Shown here piece by piece: positions 62,850 to 64,000 of a stretch of DNA of 64,000 nt. The number at the start of each line of letters is the position of its first letter. Position 1 is the first letter of the stretch. The DNA comes from an uncultured Azospirillum sp. (GTDB lineage: Bacteria; Pseudomonadota; Alphaproteobacteria; RF32; CAG-239): assembly GCA_902489795.1 (NCBI GenBank), contig CABUBU010000004.1:817-64816 (forward strand), in the 5' to 3' direction. The position numbers and the translations under genes were made by a program. The notes under the pieces were generated by a model. It did no database searches. It was not told where the DNA came from and saw nothing but the letters and a program-made list of their open reading frames with translations.

Positions 62850-62906
62850 AACTTTATAAAAGGAAGCCAAAGGGGCAAGCCTTCTATTTCTAAAAGGGAA
62901 ATCAAA

Positions 62907-63251
62907 ATGAAAAAATTCAATATCAAAAAAGCCACGTCTGAACAGCTTCGCAGCAAACTTCGCAAAATCATCCATCTTGGAAACGGTGATATGAAATATT
63001 TTGAAATCGCCGAGAAATTGAATGATTTCGCAAATAAAATTCATCGTGAACTGGATCGGCGTAATCGGGCTGCTATTTATAAAAAAGCATGCCAGGTTTT
63101 GAAAAACAGGACCTTTCCAAACCAATTCGCTGCCGCGGCACACTATGCCGACACTGTTATCAACAGCTCTGATTATTTCGACACTGAGGATAATCACGAA
63201 ATCAACGGCTTATACACTAAATCAGGACACCCTGAAATCGTTTATTTTTAA
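62907..63251 (+). CDS. orphan small protein (114 aa), first gene of the early-type operon; anti-defence candidate
   Basis: ATG at 62907 after AAAGGGAAA, ~58 nt downstream of the -10. AT-rich. No family recognised. Confidence 0.55.
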   Translation: MKKFNIKKATSEQLRSKLRKIIHLGNGDMKYFEIAEKLNDFANKIHRELDRRNRAAIYKKACQVLKNRTFPNQFAAAAHYADTVINSSDYFDTEDNHEINGLYTKSGHPEIVYF

Positions 63252-63271
63252 AAATTCTAAAGGGGACAAAT

Positions 63272-63562
63272 ATGAAAAAACAATTATGCACTACGATTGC
63301 AGACAAGGGGTGCGTTTGTATGAACGGAATTTGCTTTTCGTGTGACGGCGACGGCTGGAAAACTGTCATTTTAACAGACGAGATTGAGCGAAATCCCAGC
63401 AGACCTTGGATTGATCTGCGTGAAAGCGAGTTATTTATCTGGCGAAGCGACTGCGACCCCGGAATTGTTTATAAATTTGACGAGAAAGAATTAGAGACAT
63501 GGGCGGTCGAGATATTCTGCGATCCTGCAAATGATATAATTTACTTGATTAAATTTGATTAA
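63272..63562 (+). CDS. orphan small protein (96 aa) with an N-terminal Cys cluster including a CxxCxGxG (DnaJ-type zinc-finger-like) motif; anti-defence candidate
   Basis: CTTIADKGCVCMNGICFSCDGDGW. AAAGGGGA RBS upstream. Confidence 0.55.
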   Translation: MKKQLCTTIADKGCVCMNGICFSCDGDGWKTVILTDEIERNPSRPWIDLRESELFIWRSDCDPGIVYKFDEKELETWAVEIFCDPANDIIYLIKFD

Positions 63563-63579
63563 TTTTTTAAAAAGTTAAA

Positions 63580-64000
63580 ATGACAAAAAAAGGTTTTTTA
63601 ACAGCCGAAGAATACAAAACCATCCGCCAAACCCTCGGCTTTTCGCAGGCCGAGGCGGCGGCTTTCCATAAACTGCAAAACATCCGCACAGTCAAAAGAT
63701 GGGAGAACGGCGACAGTTTTGTGTCAGAACTGGCTTGTAACAAAATCACCCGGTTGTTCGAACTTATCAAAGCACAGATCAAATCAGCCGTTGAAAAAAT
63801 CATCCAAACGCCGAGAGATACGGAGATTGTTCTTGTTGTTTATCCCGAAGGTTGCCGCGACCTGATACCGGGACTTGGTGACCTGCCAATGTCTGTGCAT
63901 AACGCCATGATCCGCCGGGTTTATATTGCCGCCAGAGAACTCGGCCAAGACGTCGGAATTGTGACTTTCAACCCGCAATCGTATTTTTCTTTTCTTGCGG
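63580..64000 (+). CDS. Aca2/YdiL-like HTH protein (HTH + DUF1870), 3' end beyond the window
   Basis: Hand-translated MTKKGFLTAEEYKTIRQTLGFSQAEAAAFHKLQNIRTVKRWENGDSFVSELACNKITRLFELIKAQIKSAVEKI...VVYPEG...SVHNAMIRRVYIAARELG. It parallels E. coli YdiL (ELQALRHIFAMTIDECATWI...SWRQWENGKCAIPDRVVEQLL...HLHAIIEKI...RVYPDG...YQSVAAELYAHDLE). There is no stop before position 64000. Confidence 0.6.
   Translation, partial: MTKKGFLTAEEYKTIRQTLGFSQAEAAAFHKLQNIRTVKRWENGDSFVSELACNKITRLFELIKAQIKSAVEKIIQTPRDTEIVLVVYPEGCRDLIPGLGDLPMSVHNAMIRRVYIAARELGQDVGIVTFNPQSYFSFLA

Larger units (their letters stand above)
31627..64000. mobile_element. temperate podovirus-like prophage (left end at the tRNA-Lys fragment; right end beyond the window)
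   Basis: Continuous minus-strand block: terS, terL, portal, scaffold, capsid, gp11/gp12-like tail, internal-virion proteins, fibres, lysis. A plus-strand early-type operon lies at the right edge. No integrase is present inside the window. Confidence 0.8.

Noticed and set aside
63567-63978. Minus-strand ORFs 63567..63803 and 63784..63978
   Set aside because: They lie antisense to the Aca2/YdiL-like CDS, which has clear family similarity.
1-64000. Search for CRISPR arrays, rRNA genes, IS elements with terminal inverted repeats, and an integrase for the prophage
   Set aside because: No regularly spaced direct repeats, rRNA-like sequence, transposase ORF or intact tyrosine/serine integrase was seen in the window. 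The prophage integrase is presumed to lie beyond the right edge.

Overview
The first ~31.5 kb is chromosomal backbone from a diderm, apparently anaerobic bacterium; I cannot assign a taxon from sequence alone. The remaining >32 kb is a temperate podovirus-like prophage that runs off the right edge of the window.

Backbone, left to right:
- a TetR-regulated RND efflux pair (MFP plus permease, no outer-membrane factor)
- an NlpE-like lipoprotein
- a 72-aa stand-alone NrdD C-terminal (glycyl-radical loop) mini-protein
- a Fur-family repressor with a palindromic operator in its own promoter, then flavodoxin
- an frc-oxc-AEC transporter oxalate catabolism operon (E. coli yfdWUV-like)
- two GNAT genes and an AstE/AspA-family deacylase
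- a visibly AT-rich, decayed integrative island (transglutaminase-like protein, DUF2924-like gene, truncated serine recombinase) abutting tRNA(CAU)
- queH, a macro-domain protein, mnmA, a DsbD-like reductase and a CDP-alcohol phosphatidyltransferase
- apbE-rseC-rnfBCDGEA
- an orphan 535-aa HExxH protein

Prophage. A 45-nt 3' fragment of tRNA-Lys(CUU) at 31582-31626 marks the left junction. All structural and lysis genes are on the minus strand, read right to left:
- terS, a PBSX-type terL, a T7-type portal, scaffold and capsid
- a gp11-like adaptor
- a nozzle gene split in two, with its N-terminal piece fused to PEGA repeats and a glycine-rich fibre domain
- gp13/14/15-like proteins
- a 2640-aa polyvalent gp16-position protein (two ART-like modules, a nuclease-like module, an HExxH zincin)
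- an AT-rich moron island (secreted protein, Bro-N, periplasmic Nuc-like PLD nuclease)
- tail fibre genes and a lysis cassette (SleB-type endolysin, overlapped spanins)

Most interesting non-coding and accessory signals:
- a ~260-nt element present twice in the prophage, carrying a conserved promoter, a small RNA and a terminator antisense to the late operon
- three cassettes of strong promoter, short leader and terminator placed ahead of gene blocks
- a 155-nt tRNA-like RNA upstream of terS
- at the right edge, a divergent promoter/operator region driving two small orphan ORFs followed by an Aca2/YdiL(DUF1870)-like HTH gene, which is the architecture of an anti-CRISPR/anti-defence (acr-aca) operon

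No CRISPR array and no rRNA gene were seen. All family assignments come from motif recognition by eye and need HMM or BLAST confirmation.
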